This document shows, piece after piece, positions 35,353 to 49,000 of a stretch of 64,000 bases of DNA (position 1 is its first letter; every line of letters starts with the position of its first letter). The stretch is from Selaginella moellendorffii (lineage: Eukaryota; Plantae; Lycopodiophyta), in NCBI RefSeq assembly GCF_000143415.4, contig NW_003314297.1, positions 372,001 to 436,000 of the forward strand. The letters run 5' to 3'. Both the position numbers and the translations under genes were made by a program. The notes beneath the pieces are model-generated. The model did no database searches, was not told the origin of the DNA, and worked only from the letters and a program-made list of their open reading frames with translations.

Positions 35353-36012
35353 TGTAGTACGTGTGATTATGGGATGAGATTTGGATATACTGTCACCATG
35401 GATCCTTGAAACCTTGGGGGATAAATAGGGATAAAATAGCCACTAAGGGCTCTCTCATCAAACAATTCACCCTTTTTTAGTTGACTTAAGGGGAGAGAGA
35501 TAAGGTGCACTAAGGTATCAGAGCAAATGGCATGGGTTCGATTCCCATTGATTAGTGGCTATTTAAAATATAATATACCCTTGAGCAAGGTATATTCCTA
35601 CCCCTAAATTTGAAAATCATACGTATTAGGCATCCATGCGTACATCCTTCCTCTTGAGGAGTATCCCAAACGAAGGTATCCACCGTGGGACTGCGGTACG
35701 GGTGGATGACTAGTTGCCTCACATGGAATAGCTGGTTTACACAATGGAAGGATTGGTAGATTTAATGCGAAAATGGAGGTGTTAGTTCCCTTTGGCTCAA
35801 TAAGGGTTGTTAGTCAATAGTCAATGAAGACATTGACATCGGGAGGTGAGTGTAGCGCATGTGATTATAGAATGAAATTTAGATATACTATCACCATGGA
35901 TCCTTGTAACCTTGGGGGATAAATGGGGATAAAATAGCCATTAAAGGCTCTCTCATCAAGCAATTGCCCTTTTTCCAATTGGCTTAAGGGGAGAGAGATA
36001 AAGTGCACTACA
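35353..36012 (+). mobile_element. TRIM (terminal-repeat retrotransposon in miniature), 660 bp
   Basis: LTRs 35353-35513 and 35851-36012, PBS GGTATCAGAGC 35514-35524, PPT GGGAGGTGAG 35841-35850, TSD CATGG/TATGG, non-coding interior. Confidence 0.9.
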
Positions 36013-36692
36013 TATGGGAAAGAATCCAAATGATAAAGTTAAGCCAGGAACACTAAGGTGTTGGATGCTAACGGATTGTGGGAAAAGCAATATGTTTCCA
36101 ATGATGGATTCTAAACTGCTCCGATTTGGCAAAGTTCCAAGGGGGGGAGCAACAAAGTAGCCAAATGATAGGGCTATGAACCGTCTTAGCACAAATTATG
36201 ATAACTGAAACTTAGTGCCAAAAGTGGCAAAAAATAGAAAAGAGGATGATAGTGCCCTCGAATAGAGAACTTTCTAAGATGGGGAAGTGGAGTTTGCACA
36301 ATAAATGCAATGCAAGGTGACAAAGGCACCCAAGAAATTGACTTCAAGAAGTCAAGATTAAAAGTTCCAAAGTGGAATGATTATATCAATAGAAGTTGAG
36401 GCTACTCAAGAATGAGTAGTGGGATTGATATAGAGAAGGTGTCTCTAACAAGTTTAATGAAAACTAAACCAATAAAAAGGAGACAACCACCACAAGTGGT
36501 CAAATAAGTCTCTATGATGGAAAGACTATGCTCCTTAGAGGATGGACAAAGCATGGTGAGCCTTTGGTGTTAAACCATTAATGAATATTGGCTAAGTGCT
36601 AAAGATGGAAAGGGTAATACATGCTGGTATTACTTTATAAAATAGTTTATCGTTCAATAAGGACATCAAACTTCGTTTATGGGCGGTGGAGT

Positions 36693-37770
36693 TGTAAAAC
36701 ATAAAATCCCCAGACCCCAAAGAGGAGCCAAAAGGGTGCCACCTGGTAGTGGTTGAGGCAAAAGCTAAATGGGTGTAACACATATAAACTAAAAGCTCCA
36801 ACTCGAAAAGTCAAGAGTGGGAGTGGAACTCCCAATAAAGTGCTCGAAGAACAAACACGAAGCAAGCAATAAAGGAGTCTCTAAAAAAGGAACACAAAAA
36901 GACCAACACATGATACATGGTTGAAATCTAAGATAAACTCGAGATGGAGTCCGAGATGGAATCCAAGATAGAGTCTGAGATGGAGTCTAAAATGGACCTG
37001 GGGGATGGGGGGTTCCAAAAGTATAGTAGGGAAAGTGTGGGTTGGACCCTAGTGGAACTAATTTGGCCAGGAAAGGCCAGTGTGACATAGGAAGGATATG
37101 CTTGTGTGCTAGGTGATGATATATCCATTAAGGAGTCCAAAGCTAAAGTGAATACGGACAGGCAAGCAGGATAGCTTAGTGAAGTGTTCAAGAGACTTAT
37201 ATTGGTATACAACCTCCTCATAGACAAAGCTATAGTATAGGTATTAACATCTCAGCTTCAAACAACTAAGTTGGATATCACCATCTTCAGCCAAGGCATA
37301 GGGTTACCAAGACCACAGCAAGAGCTCACTATTCTCATAGAGTCTAATGAAATGTAAGGTGCAACTTGCCATCAAACACAATGATACAAAAGAAAGGCAC
37401 AAGGGTCACCTTTATTTGGATACCTAGTGTGGCTTATTGGAACCTCACTCTAGCCACATGGCTGGGGCACACAAATGCGAAAGGTGGGGAGAGTACCTAC
37501 AATGCTTGTGTAGGGCTACGGTGTTTAAAAATGTCATCCCAAGGTCTTAGTGTGGAAAGGAAAGAGTCCTCTTGTGTAAAGACCAAAGATATAGTCATGT
37601 GATGAGGAAGTCCTAGAGGTCAATGGGACTTAGTAGTCAAGCCTTTGGTGGTGTTAGTAAGCATTGCCAAGGATAGAGAGGGACTTGGCAAGGACTAAAT
37701 AAAGGATATTAGAAAAGGGTGTTCCTATGTCTCTGGACATCCTAAAGATGCTAAGGTGTAGTCATGGGAT
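36693..37770 (+). repeat. LTR family X copy, probably a 3' LTR
   Basis: Colinear with 53511-54750; preceded by purine tract GGGCGGTGGAG at 36681-36691. Confidence 0.8.
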
Positions 37771-37771
37771 G

Positions 37772-38140
37772 CCCCACCAAGTTTCTTTTCTGTCCATGGC
37801 CATATTCGCTAACACTGCCATTGGAACAAGGCCCACAGACCCAACCACTAAGTCCCACTATCCTTTGGGATTTCCTCACCACATGGGACCGTATCTTTGG
37901 TCACTACACCATAGGACTGCTCCTCTTCCTTTTCATAGTTTGGGACTTTAGGACAACATTTCAAAACACCATGGCTCTACACGAGCCTCATGGGTACTCT
38001 CCCCACCTTCTGCCTTTAAGTGCTCTAGCCATAGGCTTAGAGCAAGGTTCTATTGAGCCATGCCAGATATCCAAGTAGGTAGTGCCACCCATGCTTGGAT
38101 GGGAGTATCGACCATTCAATCTCCCAAGGGAACTAGAGCT
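37772..38140 (-). repeat. Inverted internal fragment of LTR family X
   Basis: Reverse complement matches 54310-54680 and 37410-37695. Confidence 0.8.
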
Positions 38141-39074
38141 CATCTCATGGTCTTCACTTTAATTTTGACTAAGTGTTGATCATGCATAGCTAGCCTCATT
38201 AAGGCATGCTCAAAGTTATTAGCTAAATGCATTAGTGAGTTTATTGCAATTGAGGTTGGATTTGAGTGGTCATTTAGTTTGTACTTATTCATATTCTTAT
38301 ATCTTGTACCTAAGGTATTATGTTCATGTTGGACAAGTATATGACTTGATGGCAAGAGTTTAGTATTTGGGTCTTTGTGAAGACAAGTTGAAAGGTGATT
38401 GTTAGTTGCTTTGCAATTAGTGATTACTTGTAGGCTTCGTCGAGGACTATTAACACTTGCTTCACTCGATGAAGATCTGTCATTAATAGGTTTGTTTTAC
38501 TAGATGGTGTTATGAAGGATTATGTCGTTAGACTTACATGGGTTTTCCATGTTAGCATGTTAACTCTACCTCTATCAATATCATCTGATTGCATTTAGTT
38601 TATAGTGTTGGATTTCATTGAGTCTTGGATGTGGTGATTCACTCCTTGAGGAAGTGTTATTTGTCACTAAGTTTTGTTAAAGGATTGGTCTCGGATACTA
38701 ACTAAAGTATCTTCGACTTTAGTTAACTTGGTTGCTAGAGAGCTTTGAGTGGTGATTGACTCTTGCTTTCCTCTAGTTTTATTATAGTGTTGATGGCATT
38801 GAAGTGATGCCTTGTTGTTGACATTGTTGAAGTTGAGATTTAAGTGAAATGAAATGTCTTTCTATAGGATTGATATTGAGTTTCATTAGTCACGATGCAA
38901 ATAATGTTGATGCTTGGGCTGTAGCTTTATGTTATTGGCATTCGTGCACTTACTAGTTAGTAGCTGTGTTGACATTTAAATGAACTAAGTGGCAAGTTTA
39001 AGTTAGTTGTGTTCTAAACGAAATTGCTTAGTAGGGGTTGAGATTTGAACTTTTCCTTGAATAGTTCACTATCA

Positions 39075-39876
39075 TACCTTTTGTGTTAGTCTCATTTTGG
39101 TCCTAAATGCTAATTATGGAAAGTGTTTAAGTCTGCTCAGTTGGCTTATGTAGAGATTGTTTTGAACACAATGGTGTTTGTCCCGTATCCAAATTCGCAA
39201 TCTAGAGATATTCTATATTTAGTAAGTTTCAAACTTGTTCCAGAGACTAACTCTTGATACTAAGGGAGGCTTGGGGTGAAAGCCCAAAGCGTGTGTTCCT
39301 AGGGGGGGGGGGGGGGGGGTTCCAAATGTATAGTAGGGATAGTGGGTAGGTTGGGCATGGCTGACCAATTTGAGGCATAGTTTAGCTTTCATTTGCGTGT
39401 TTTTCCTTATTCTACGTTCGGCTTGGGTATAAGCCCAAGTTCCACACCATGCTAGCTCATGGAGTACCCATATCTTTGCATTAGGCCACCAATATACCAA
39501 AATAGCATCAGACTTTGTTTGGCTCCATTTTACATACTGGTCTTGGCATTGGGATGTTAGTTGCTCTAGAACTATTCCAAGTCGCTCCGTGCTTCTATCC
39601 CTTCACTCCTTGGGCTGTATGCTCGGGAGTTTCTCCGTGGTCCAGTTCTGCCACTCTTTGGCTCTATGCTTAGGAGTTTGGCTCCGTTTCCTCATTCAAT
39701 GGCCCAAGGCCCTAAAACTCGGGTTCCACAACACTGTCCTTTAGACACGTGGCATGTGATATGTGGCATATAACACGTGGCTATGGGGGGTTTAGGTTCT
39801 GCTTCCGTGGTTATCCTATGGTAAATCACCATAGGATAAAGGGTAAAAACCACGTATACTACATTTGGTATCAGAG
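39075..39876 (+). mobile_element. LTR related to element C, followed by a tRNA-iMet PBS
   Basis: 39075-39530 is the reverse complement of parts of 26000-26470; ends TACA at 39863, then TGGTATCAGAG at 39866-39876. Left boundary approximate. Confidence 0.75.
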
Positions 39877-41019
39877 GATACATCTCAGCGAGTATTATCC
39901 AATGAGATTGGGCAACTAGTCTCATTGCATATGCAAAGATGAAAATGATGATCTAAGTGGGTACACGTTACCTTTTATACTTATTATGTGAGCTTTCTCT
40001 TAGGCTCATAAAAGGGTATTCCATTTGCATGAGTTTGTGCTTGGGCTCGTGAGTGAGGCACATTAGCAACTCGAGGTTACACTTTGAGTTGGCAAGATTA
40101 ATGTTAATATATCGATGGTTCCATGAGTTGTTTCCAAGTACTATGGGTGAAAGTAACTTTCCCTAAGTTTGCTATGAGTGGTGAATAAGCTAGTCTGTAA
40201 TTCTTTAGCATGGCACTAGTGGATCCTTCCTAGGCATGATTATAAATGGATCAATCAAGACTATAGGGATTAGTCTATTGGTTCAAATAGTTATTGCCGT
40301 GCTTTATTATATACTTTTCTTGGATTGGACTAAAGGCAGTGCAAAAGTAAGCTTAAAGTTTGGTCAAAGTAGAGACCGAAAAGAGAGTCCTTAGGGACGA
40401 AAGATCAAACATGTTAATCATTTTTTCTTCTTGGAGAGATGATTTGCAACGAAATGTAACCTATTGTTCATGTTCACATCATGAAATTAAGAGTCCCTGT
40501 CTTGATACATATTGGAAATGATGGCTTTGCAAATGGTGAGTCATGAGATGGATAGCGGTGAAATGCTAAACCATTTTGTCTAGACTTGCTATTAAAAACT
40601 TGGGTTACAATGATTAATTCTTTTCTAGGAAACTTTGCTATAGCTCCTTGAGTAACTTGGTATTGTTTTAGTTTTGAGTTTAATAAGAAAGAGAGTAGTA
40701 TGAGTTTATCCATGTTGTGAACAAAAGTTAGTGGTGTTGGGTGTTGTAAGTCTCTATTGGTAGAGTGTGGCATTTATATTGCATTTTGTCAAATCGAGTT
40801 GCACTTAATACTCACATAACCTTTAAAGTAATGACATTGGCATTTCTCATGGTGTTGCTTGATTAATAATCAAGACATTGTAATTTTTATATCATATTCA
40901 TGTGATAATGAATAATATGTTTACAAAGTTGCTTGGTTAAATAACGATCAACCCCAAACTGGTTGATGGTGAAGTTAGTCTACTTGCATGATGTAGCATT
41001 GTAATAACTTTAACTAGAC

Positions 41020-43600
41020 CTTACTTCCCATCTTCTCAAGAGCCCTAGAAATTTTTTTTGAATAAAGGAATAGTATATAATTATATGATAGCTGTAAAAC
41101 TAGTTAATATTAAGTATTCAAATCAAAATATAATAGTTATAAAAAAAGTTATTGTAAAATAATATAGCTTTATAAAAGATAGGTTCCTATGAACTTTGTA
41201 TTTTTTAAATGACTCAATCTAGTAGAAACTTTTAACTCAAATATTTATATATTTCAATATTTTAATATTTGTCAGAAATTTCATTTCTTCAATTTATATT
41301 TCCTTTGTAAGACTTCTAGTTGACTGTATTGACTTGAGTTAACATGTGCTAAATTGAGCTCAACTCAATTTTGGACCATCCCCAAATGAGGTAAAACTAA
41401 CTTTTGAAAACTTTACCAAGTTACCTCACTTGTCTATAAATGTTCACTTTAATGTTAAACTCTTTAATATTCATATTAACACTCACCATATAGGCATAAC
41501 ATTCCTTGGTTACAGCCACACTAATTCCCTAGAAGTGCTCCCTATTACTATCCCATAAATACTTACCAAACCCGTCAAGGTTTGGGAGACAATCACTATA
41601 ATCTTTCACCCCACCTTTGAATATGTTTAGCCTTAAATACATTTGGCCCCAAACTCAATTTTGGACTTAATCTTGGCTTCAATTTCAGCCTCAATCTCAG
41701 ACTCAATCTCAAACTCATTCTCAGATTTGGTTTTGACACTTCCATGTGTTATACTGGCCATATGTCAATCATTCTTTTATCCTTTTCAAAAAGTTGCTTA
41801 TTAATTTCTTTGTGCTTGTTTCTTAATATAAGCTATTAAATTTTCTATTCTACTTTAGTCACTTAACCACATATTTGACCATTTGGAAGAGTTTCACTTA
41901 TAGCTTCTATAAGTTCTTATCCCAACTTGGGGTATTTACTAAATTTCTAGAGGTGAACTCAAAGCCATACCAACTTTGCATTTAGTCCAAGTGCTCCACA
42001 TATCCAAATCCTATCTTAGACACCTAATGGTACCAAAGACATCCTAGCCTTTTATAATAAAGCCATATTCTCATTTTCCCTATCTTATTAATAGTCCAAT
42101 ACCATTTATATTATAGTCCCATCTTTCCAAGACTAAACCATTCATTTATGAGTGATCACCTTATAACCATTGTTTAACATTTTTAAGATGCCCCAAAACA
42201 TAAGGGAATACTATCCCCCAATATCCCTTTTTTAATCCTCAACAAGTCCCTCTCTATTCACAATACTTGCCAGCACCACCATTAGGTTAGAGCCTACAAG
42301 CCTATCCATTAAATTCTACTAACCTCTACAACTTCCTCACCATATAACTATACCCTTTGTTATTAAGCAAGAGGGTCATTCATCTTCTTTTCACCATTAT
42401 GGATTTTATGATGATATTTCAAAACATCATAACCTAATAAAAGTCTAATGAATACTCTCCCTACCTTTCATCACTAGGGTGCCCTAACCATATGGTTAAA
42501 GCAAGGTTCCAATAAGCCATACAAGGTATTTAAGTAAGTAGTGCCATTTATATTTAAATTGGAAGCATTGACCATTTGATCTCCCAAAGGAGCTAGAGTT
42601 GGCTTTTGAACAATTCACTAAGTCACCTCATTTATCTATCCATATTTTGGACTCTTTAGTATTTATATTATCACCCACCATATGAATATAACCTTCCTTG
42701 GTCACACTAACTTTCCCTACTCACACTAGTTTTTCTTGGCCATATTTGTTCATTTGGAGTCTTCTTCTTTACTATTTCATAAGGATTTACCAAACCATCT
42801 AAGGTTTGGGATTTGGGATTTCATCTCTCAGACTTAGACTTAAACTCAATCTTGATCTTGGACTTGATATCAATCTGTTTTAGTGTCATAAATGTGATTG
42901 AAGGTATCAAAAGTTACCTGACAATGAGTCTTTTTAGATATTATTTTCTTGCTACCACAACAGTAGTAGGCTAGTGGAATTAATTGGGCATTTATAGTGT
43001 ACTTATACAAGATGAGCATAATGACAGAAGTCCTATGTTGTATTAGCTAAATATACTTCCCAATAAAGAGTTCCCATTTCATTGTATCTTATTATTGTAT
43101 TTCATTTCATTTCACTTCTTGAGCACTAGTCCCTCATTATCATTATATGATAGCATACCATATTTACCAAACACCCTCATTATTAGGGGGATGTTCAAAC
43201 TTGAGTTGAGCTCAATTCAGCTTAAGTTAATAATAGTCAACATAATCAAAAGTCTTATAAAGAAATGTTATATAAAAATAATGTTATCCTTTGGTGAACT
43301 TGAAATTTAAATTTAATTATCAGTGGTTTAGAGAAATTTCAATGTTTTGAATATTTCTAATACAACCTATACAATAAAATACTAATTGAGTAATTTCTAG
43401 AATTAGAAGTTTGTCCGAACTCATAGAATGTTTTGTTTGGTCCCAAATAAAACTATGAATATTAAAGTTTGCATGAACCTAAAATTTTTATTGTATATTT
43501 CAACATTTTGACATTTCAAAAATTGACTAAAAAATATATAAATAATTTGAAACACTAATTCACTCATTGATTCTTTAGGGTTTTATAGAGATAGGAAGCA
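41020..43600. repeat. Diverged inverted pair (~41020-41383 and ~43187-43600), MITE-like ends
   Basis: GCTAAATTGAGCTCAACTCAATTTTGGACCATCCC versus GGGATGTTCAAACTTGAGTTGAGCTCAATTCAGC; outer ends also weakly similar. Confidence 0.55.
41520..42870 (-). repeat. Two heavily decayed tandem pieces of LTR family X
   Basis: For example, TTTTCTATTCTACTTTAGTCACTTAACC (41841-41868) is the reverse complement of 55038-55065. Confidence 0.7.
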
Positions 43601-44289
43601 AGAAAGACAAAAAATCTATGAGTAATTCTAGCATATAGAAATGTGAGAATGTTAATTTTGTTTTACTACCACAATCTCTATATTACACTCCTGGTCTTTA
43701 TTACTTTTCTGGGAATGTAGATACCATTGTCACTATTGATAAAAATGCTTATGTTACTTCTTAAAATATAGTCTAAAGCAAGAGAAAAAATGAAATGGAC
43801 AACCCAGCAGAAAGCACTAATAAATCCACTCCATAAAGCTTTCTATAGCTTTTGTAATCCACTATAATATTATAAAAAAATGTAAGTCTTTTATACATAT
43901 CCTATTCCTTTTGATATGTTGTATCTTGATAAGGAGTATAAATGTGTAATATATATGATATGGACAAATCAAAGAGTCAAATAAATATATGTTTTTGAGA
44001 TTTGAAAGGTAATCTTGCAAAAAGGCATACTCACATGCCTATATACATTGCCATTATTATATATGGTAGGCCAACTAAATAATATATTAATTATGTGCTA
44101 GTTTTTAACTTATGGAACCCTATAACCACTTGTCTCTACATTATAAATTGTAATTACCAAGACTAATAATTATGATTCAATATATTGCTATATCATAATA
44201 AACGTCATTCCCGAGATTGAAATGTAATATATTAACTAAAGAATTTTTACTGTTGGAGAGTTTAATTTTTCTTGTGTGTTGCAATAGTT

Positions 44290-45600
44290 CAGAAGAAGTT
44301 TACTTTTGGTCCCAAATGCCTTTCATATGGGTCTCCACCTCCATCTCCAACCTTAATCAATAATCCACTTTCACCTCCACACAATAATCTTCCTCTTTGT
44401 TATGAGGCTTTTCCATGTGTGACCTCGAGTGTAACTAAACAAAAGTTCCCTCCTTATGATATTGCTGAAAGAGTTGGAGTGCCTTCAATGTTCCAAAAAT
44501 AATGTCAACATTTTCTTCAATATCTTGCTCCAAATATGGCAAAAATGCTTAATATAGATGTGTATAATCTTTAGTGTCCTATATGCTATTTTTATTTGAA
44601 GAAGATAGATGGTTGTATGGGTATGGTAGATTTCCTAAGCATTGTCGCAAATACTCAAGAGCGATTTTGGAAGGTGTGCACACGTAGATGTATAAAAAAA
44701 TCAAGAAAGAATTAAAAGCATACAGTTATTATGATTCTATGGTGAAGAATAATATTCCATTGGTGAACACTGGATCAGTAAGTGTTCAATATAGGATATT
44801 TAGACCACTCTTTAATGTAATGTAGTCATGCATAGTTTCTTCAAAAGTTTAGCTCATTATGAGTAAAGTATATTTTTGAGAATGATAGTATTCTAGCATG
44901 TATAAAGACATTATTATATATACAAGTGGTTCTGACATTGTTATGACTCTAAAGTCCCATTTTCAAGATTGACAAACTAAACTTTCAAGAACCCCTAAAT
45001 CTTTTTTTAGTATAAGTATCGATAAGAGATGCTTTTAACATTGAAGATTTAGTTTGTTTAGAGTGTAAGAATGGTTAGAGAGAATGTTATTGCTCTTCAC
45101 ATTTAGCCCCTATGCATTTTATATAAGTCTCCACCTCCATTTCTAACTTCTACTAACATTCCACCCTTCCTTCCACACAACAATCATTATGAAACTAGCC
45201 TTAAGTGTGATTGAACAAAAGATCCCTCTTCCAGATAATGTTCTAGATATTGCTACTAGAGATGGATTGCCTCATGTGCTTTAAAAGTGATGTCAGATGT
45301 TTCTTTGAGATCTTGCTACAGATATGGCTAAAACTCTTGAAAGAATGAATACATATTATCTTTAATGTCTCATATACTACTTTTATTTCAATAAGACAGA
45401 AGGTTATATGGGTCTAGAAACTTTTCTAGAACACAATCACAACTACCCAAGAATTGGTATGGAAAGTGTGCATACATGGATGTATAAGAAAATCAAGAAA
45501 GAGTTAAGAACACACAACCATTATTATTTTATGGTAAAGAATAATATTCCATTAGCATCCATAAGTGTTAAATATGGTATTTTTAAGCCACCCTACTAAA
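44290..45600 (+). repeat. Diverged tandem duplication (~44290-44830 and ~45090-45600) of a decayed unknown ORF
   Basis: Both units read SPPP..HNN..DIA.R.G.P....CPI.YFY..K...KKIKKEL....YY..MVKNNIPL..SV.Y.IF.P, with stops. Confidence 0.7.
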
Positions 45601-46037
45601 GCTCTAGCTACTAATAGTTCTTACACTATAATATTATCCATCCCCCACCCCCGTCTTGCCATTTTTATTTTAAAAATAGTATTTATTGTAGGTAACATAT
45701 TTGTCATTATGAAATTTGACAGACTAACATTATAACTATCTCTGACATTGACATTGTCATTGTCACTATCTCTAACATTGACACTATCACTATCACTATC
45801 ATTATCATATTAACATGTGGCATGCTTTTCTTGTTGCAAGTGGATGCATTCAGCTCTCTTTTACTATATCATCAATAAATAGATTTTTATACAACTCCTT
45901 CTCACAAGGGAAGACTCACATTGCATGTGTTGTGCCATACATACCTAGGAAAACTTTTAGAGCTCATTGTATTAGAGATTTATGATATATAGAAAAACTA
46001 AATATATATTGCATATAAGTTTTTAAAACATCATAAA

Positions 46038-49000
46038 TTACCTCTTAGAAGCAACTGATAAAGAAGGACAAAAACCTCTAAGACGGTGTTTGAAAAACTT
46101 ATATTCTTCAATTGCAAACACTGATTTACTAGAGTCATATGCTACTTCAACCATCGAACCACTACCTGCTGTATAATCGATGACAACATCCCTAGTTGGC
46201 CAATAAAGTTCAAGTAAGACATGCATTGCCGATGAAGATCAGAATTGATACCTAGACAATGTGTTGTAGATGTCATTATGTATGAGATTTGGTATGATGT
46301 CAGTAGAACTATCATACATTAGTAAAACCTATGTAGCACAATTGCTATCATGAAAACCTTCATGTTCTCTTTTGCAAAACACATGGTAGGTCCATATCAT
46401 AACCTGAATAATTAAACTTTTAGAGACAACACAAAACACAAGATGATTTCCTACCTTCCCTGGCATATATACCTATAAGAGAAATTTTTGAAGTTTACTT
46501 CAGTTGCATACCTCATGAGGCAGGACATCCAATTAGGGTCATTTGAGAGAATGAAGGCAACACTAATTATGTGAAGGAGAATAGCTGGCAGAAGGAATGC
46601 ATCCTTTAAGTGGTCTTTAGTCAGGATGTTCTAATTTGCGATATCACTATCAGTGTCTGGAAGGCCATTTGGCATGTCAAAGAGCATGAAGTTTATGCTC
46701 TTGAGTAGTGGCCTATGGATCTTTTGACAAAAGCACTCCCACTTTTGCCAAGTAGCCATATTGTCAACATCTTCCTCAAAAGATGCCATCAATGAATTAT
46801 AGGAGGCAATAAAGATTCGGACTTCACCATGGAATGCCACTAGAGAAATAGGGCAAATTTAGGGGGAGAAGACAAAGGTAAGATGTGAAATTAAGAAAAA
46901 TTTACATATCGTCATGTGGCATATTGTAGATGTAAATTCTTCCAGGTCCTCTTCTTGGGCATCAAGATGAGCTAGAATGAAGTTACTGCCAACAGTTTTT
47001 GCTACAACTATTTTGAGGAATTAAAAATAGGAGAAACTAAGAGAAATATACCTCAAGAAGTTCCTTGTTACAAGCACATCTTAGACGATCATCATCATCA
47101 TCACTGTTGACTAATTCCTCAAGTTTTGGATTTGCATGCCTTCATTGTGGTAGAACTTTTTGCACATTCTAGTTCTCTTGCTCCACTTCCTTAAGAATTT
47201 CTTGCAAATCATTCTCACTACTATCTTCACTCTTTTGGCATTGAAAGTGTCGACATTCTCATGGCCACCATCTTTGTCATCTAACACATCTTTATTAGCC
47301 TCTTGGTGGGTTAGTGCATAGTTTGGCCTCTCCAATTCCCAAGGACAAACTCATTTTATCACTGATGGAAAGTTCATTGTTGTCAGGTACATGCCTCCAT
47401 TTCTCACGCCATGCCTTAGGAGTCGATTGCATACCAATGTTCTATATTGGGGATATTTACAATAAAATATAAATAAATTGAGTATAGTATAGAAATTGTA
47501 TGTTACTTGAAAGCCACTCATAACATGAAGGTTGGCCAAGCTATTTATCAAATAGAGTTGTGCTTGTGGCCTTCTTTACCAGCCAGTCATCTCCAAGTTT
47601 TGTAAGCTCAATAGTGACGAAGTCTTTGAATGAAGTTGCTTAGGATCATCCCTTATAAAAGGCACTAGAAACATCTCCCCCTTTATATATAGTTTTTAAA
47701 ATGTAGACAGTCTTCCTTATCATAGCCTCCATTATATTGTCCAAATCTTTTTCTCCTTCCCTGAGTCTACTATTGAGGTTGTTCAGAATGTATATCTACT
47801 CATCATATGTAAACTTTGATTTTGAGATGTTGTAAATAATCTCATCTGGAGTATTGCCCATTAGGAAATAACATTTGTGAGTAACCTTCAAGTATATATA
47901 CAAAATACTATTTTCATATTAAACAATCTTTGTTATGATATCAAACCATTGCTATAGGTGTTGAGGGTCCGCCACACTAAGTAATTTCTTTACCTTTGTC
48001 TTTTTTGTGATGTTGATTTTCTTGTCAATTGTAGCTAAATGTTTCGAGAGTTTTTGATCATTTTCAGCCCGATACAACTGTGCATATGTGTCTTGCCTAA
48101 CTTTCACTAACAGCTGAAGATAACACAAACATTCAATAATAAGAAGAATATACTTTACTCCACAAAGTTGTCATAAAAGCCATTGAATTCTTATACCATC
48201 TATTGGCATCTTGATGGCATCATTGATGCCGAATAAGTGATGCTAAATTATCAAGTATTTGTCATTCCTCTGAAATAAGAAACATACCTATATTTGTCCC
48301 AAGGGCGTTCTATTTATACAAACTATAGATGTCCATGTTGACAAAGTAAAGTGAAGTAGACCATACAATGCTTGTTTAAGTGAATTGCCATAGTGGGATC
48401 TCTTGGATCATGTCTCTCAAACTTTCCCACTTGAGAGACTCTAGAATCGTGTGAATGGCCTTCTCTTTGATTCTAAAAAATGTCTCTTGGAAGCACTTAT
48501 CTATAACATGTTTAGGTAACTCCACTTCTTTTTCAACTTCAACTACACCTCCAGTAGCACCATTATCAAATCGAGCCCTTAGGTTGGGCCTAACACCCCC
48601 TTGAGGTGCATCTAGGCACTATTCCATAATGTAGTTAATTTCTGCCATATTTTGTGAATATGTTAAGAGTAGTGGCATTTAATGTGGTGGTAGCGGCACT
48701 AGTGGCAATAATGGCGTTGATGACAATGGTTGCAATGGCACTGGTGGTGGTGATGATGGTGGCAATGGTGGTGATGACGGTGGCAATGGTGGTGGTAATG
48801 GTGATGATGGCAGTGGTGGTGGTAATGGTGATGGTGGTGGTGGTAATGGTGGTGATGAAGGTAGTGGTGGCAATGGTAGTGAAGGTGGTGATGGAGGTAA
48901 TGGCGGTGGTGGCAGTGATGGTGGTGGTGGCAAAAATGGGGGTGGATGTGAAATGGAGCCATTTGGTTGCTAAGATGGTAACGTGGACGGTAGAGTTGTC

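Noticed and set aside
38140-41000. Additional retroelement coding domains
   Set aside because: Sequence outside the 39075-39876 LTR/PBS is too decayed to assign a domain by eye.
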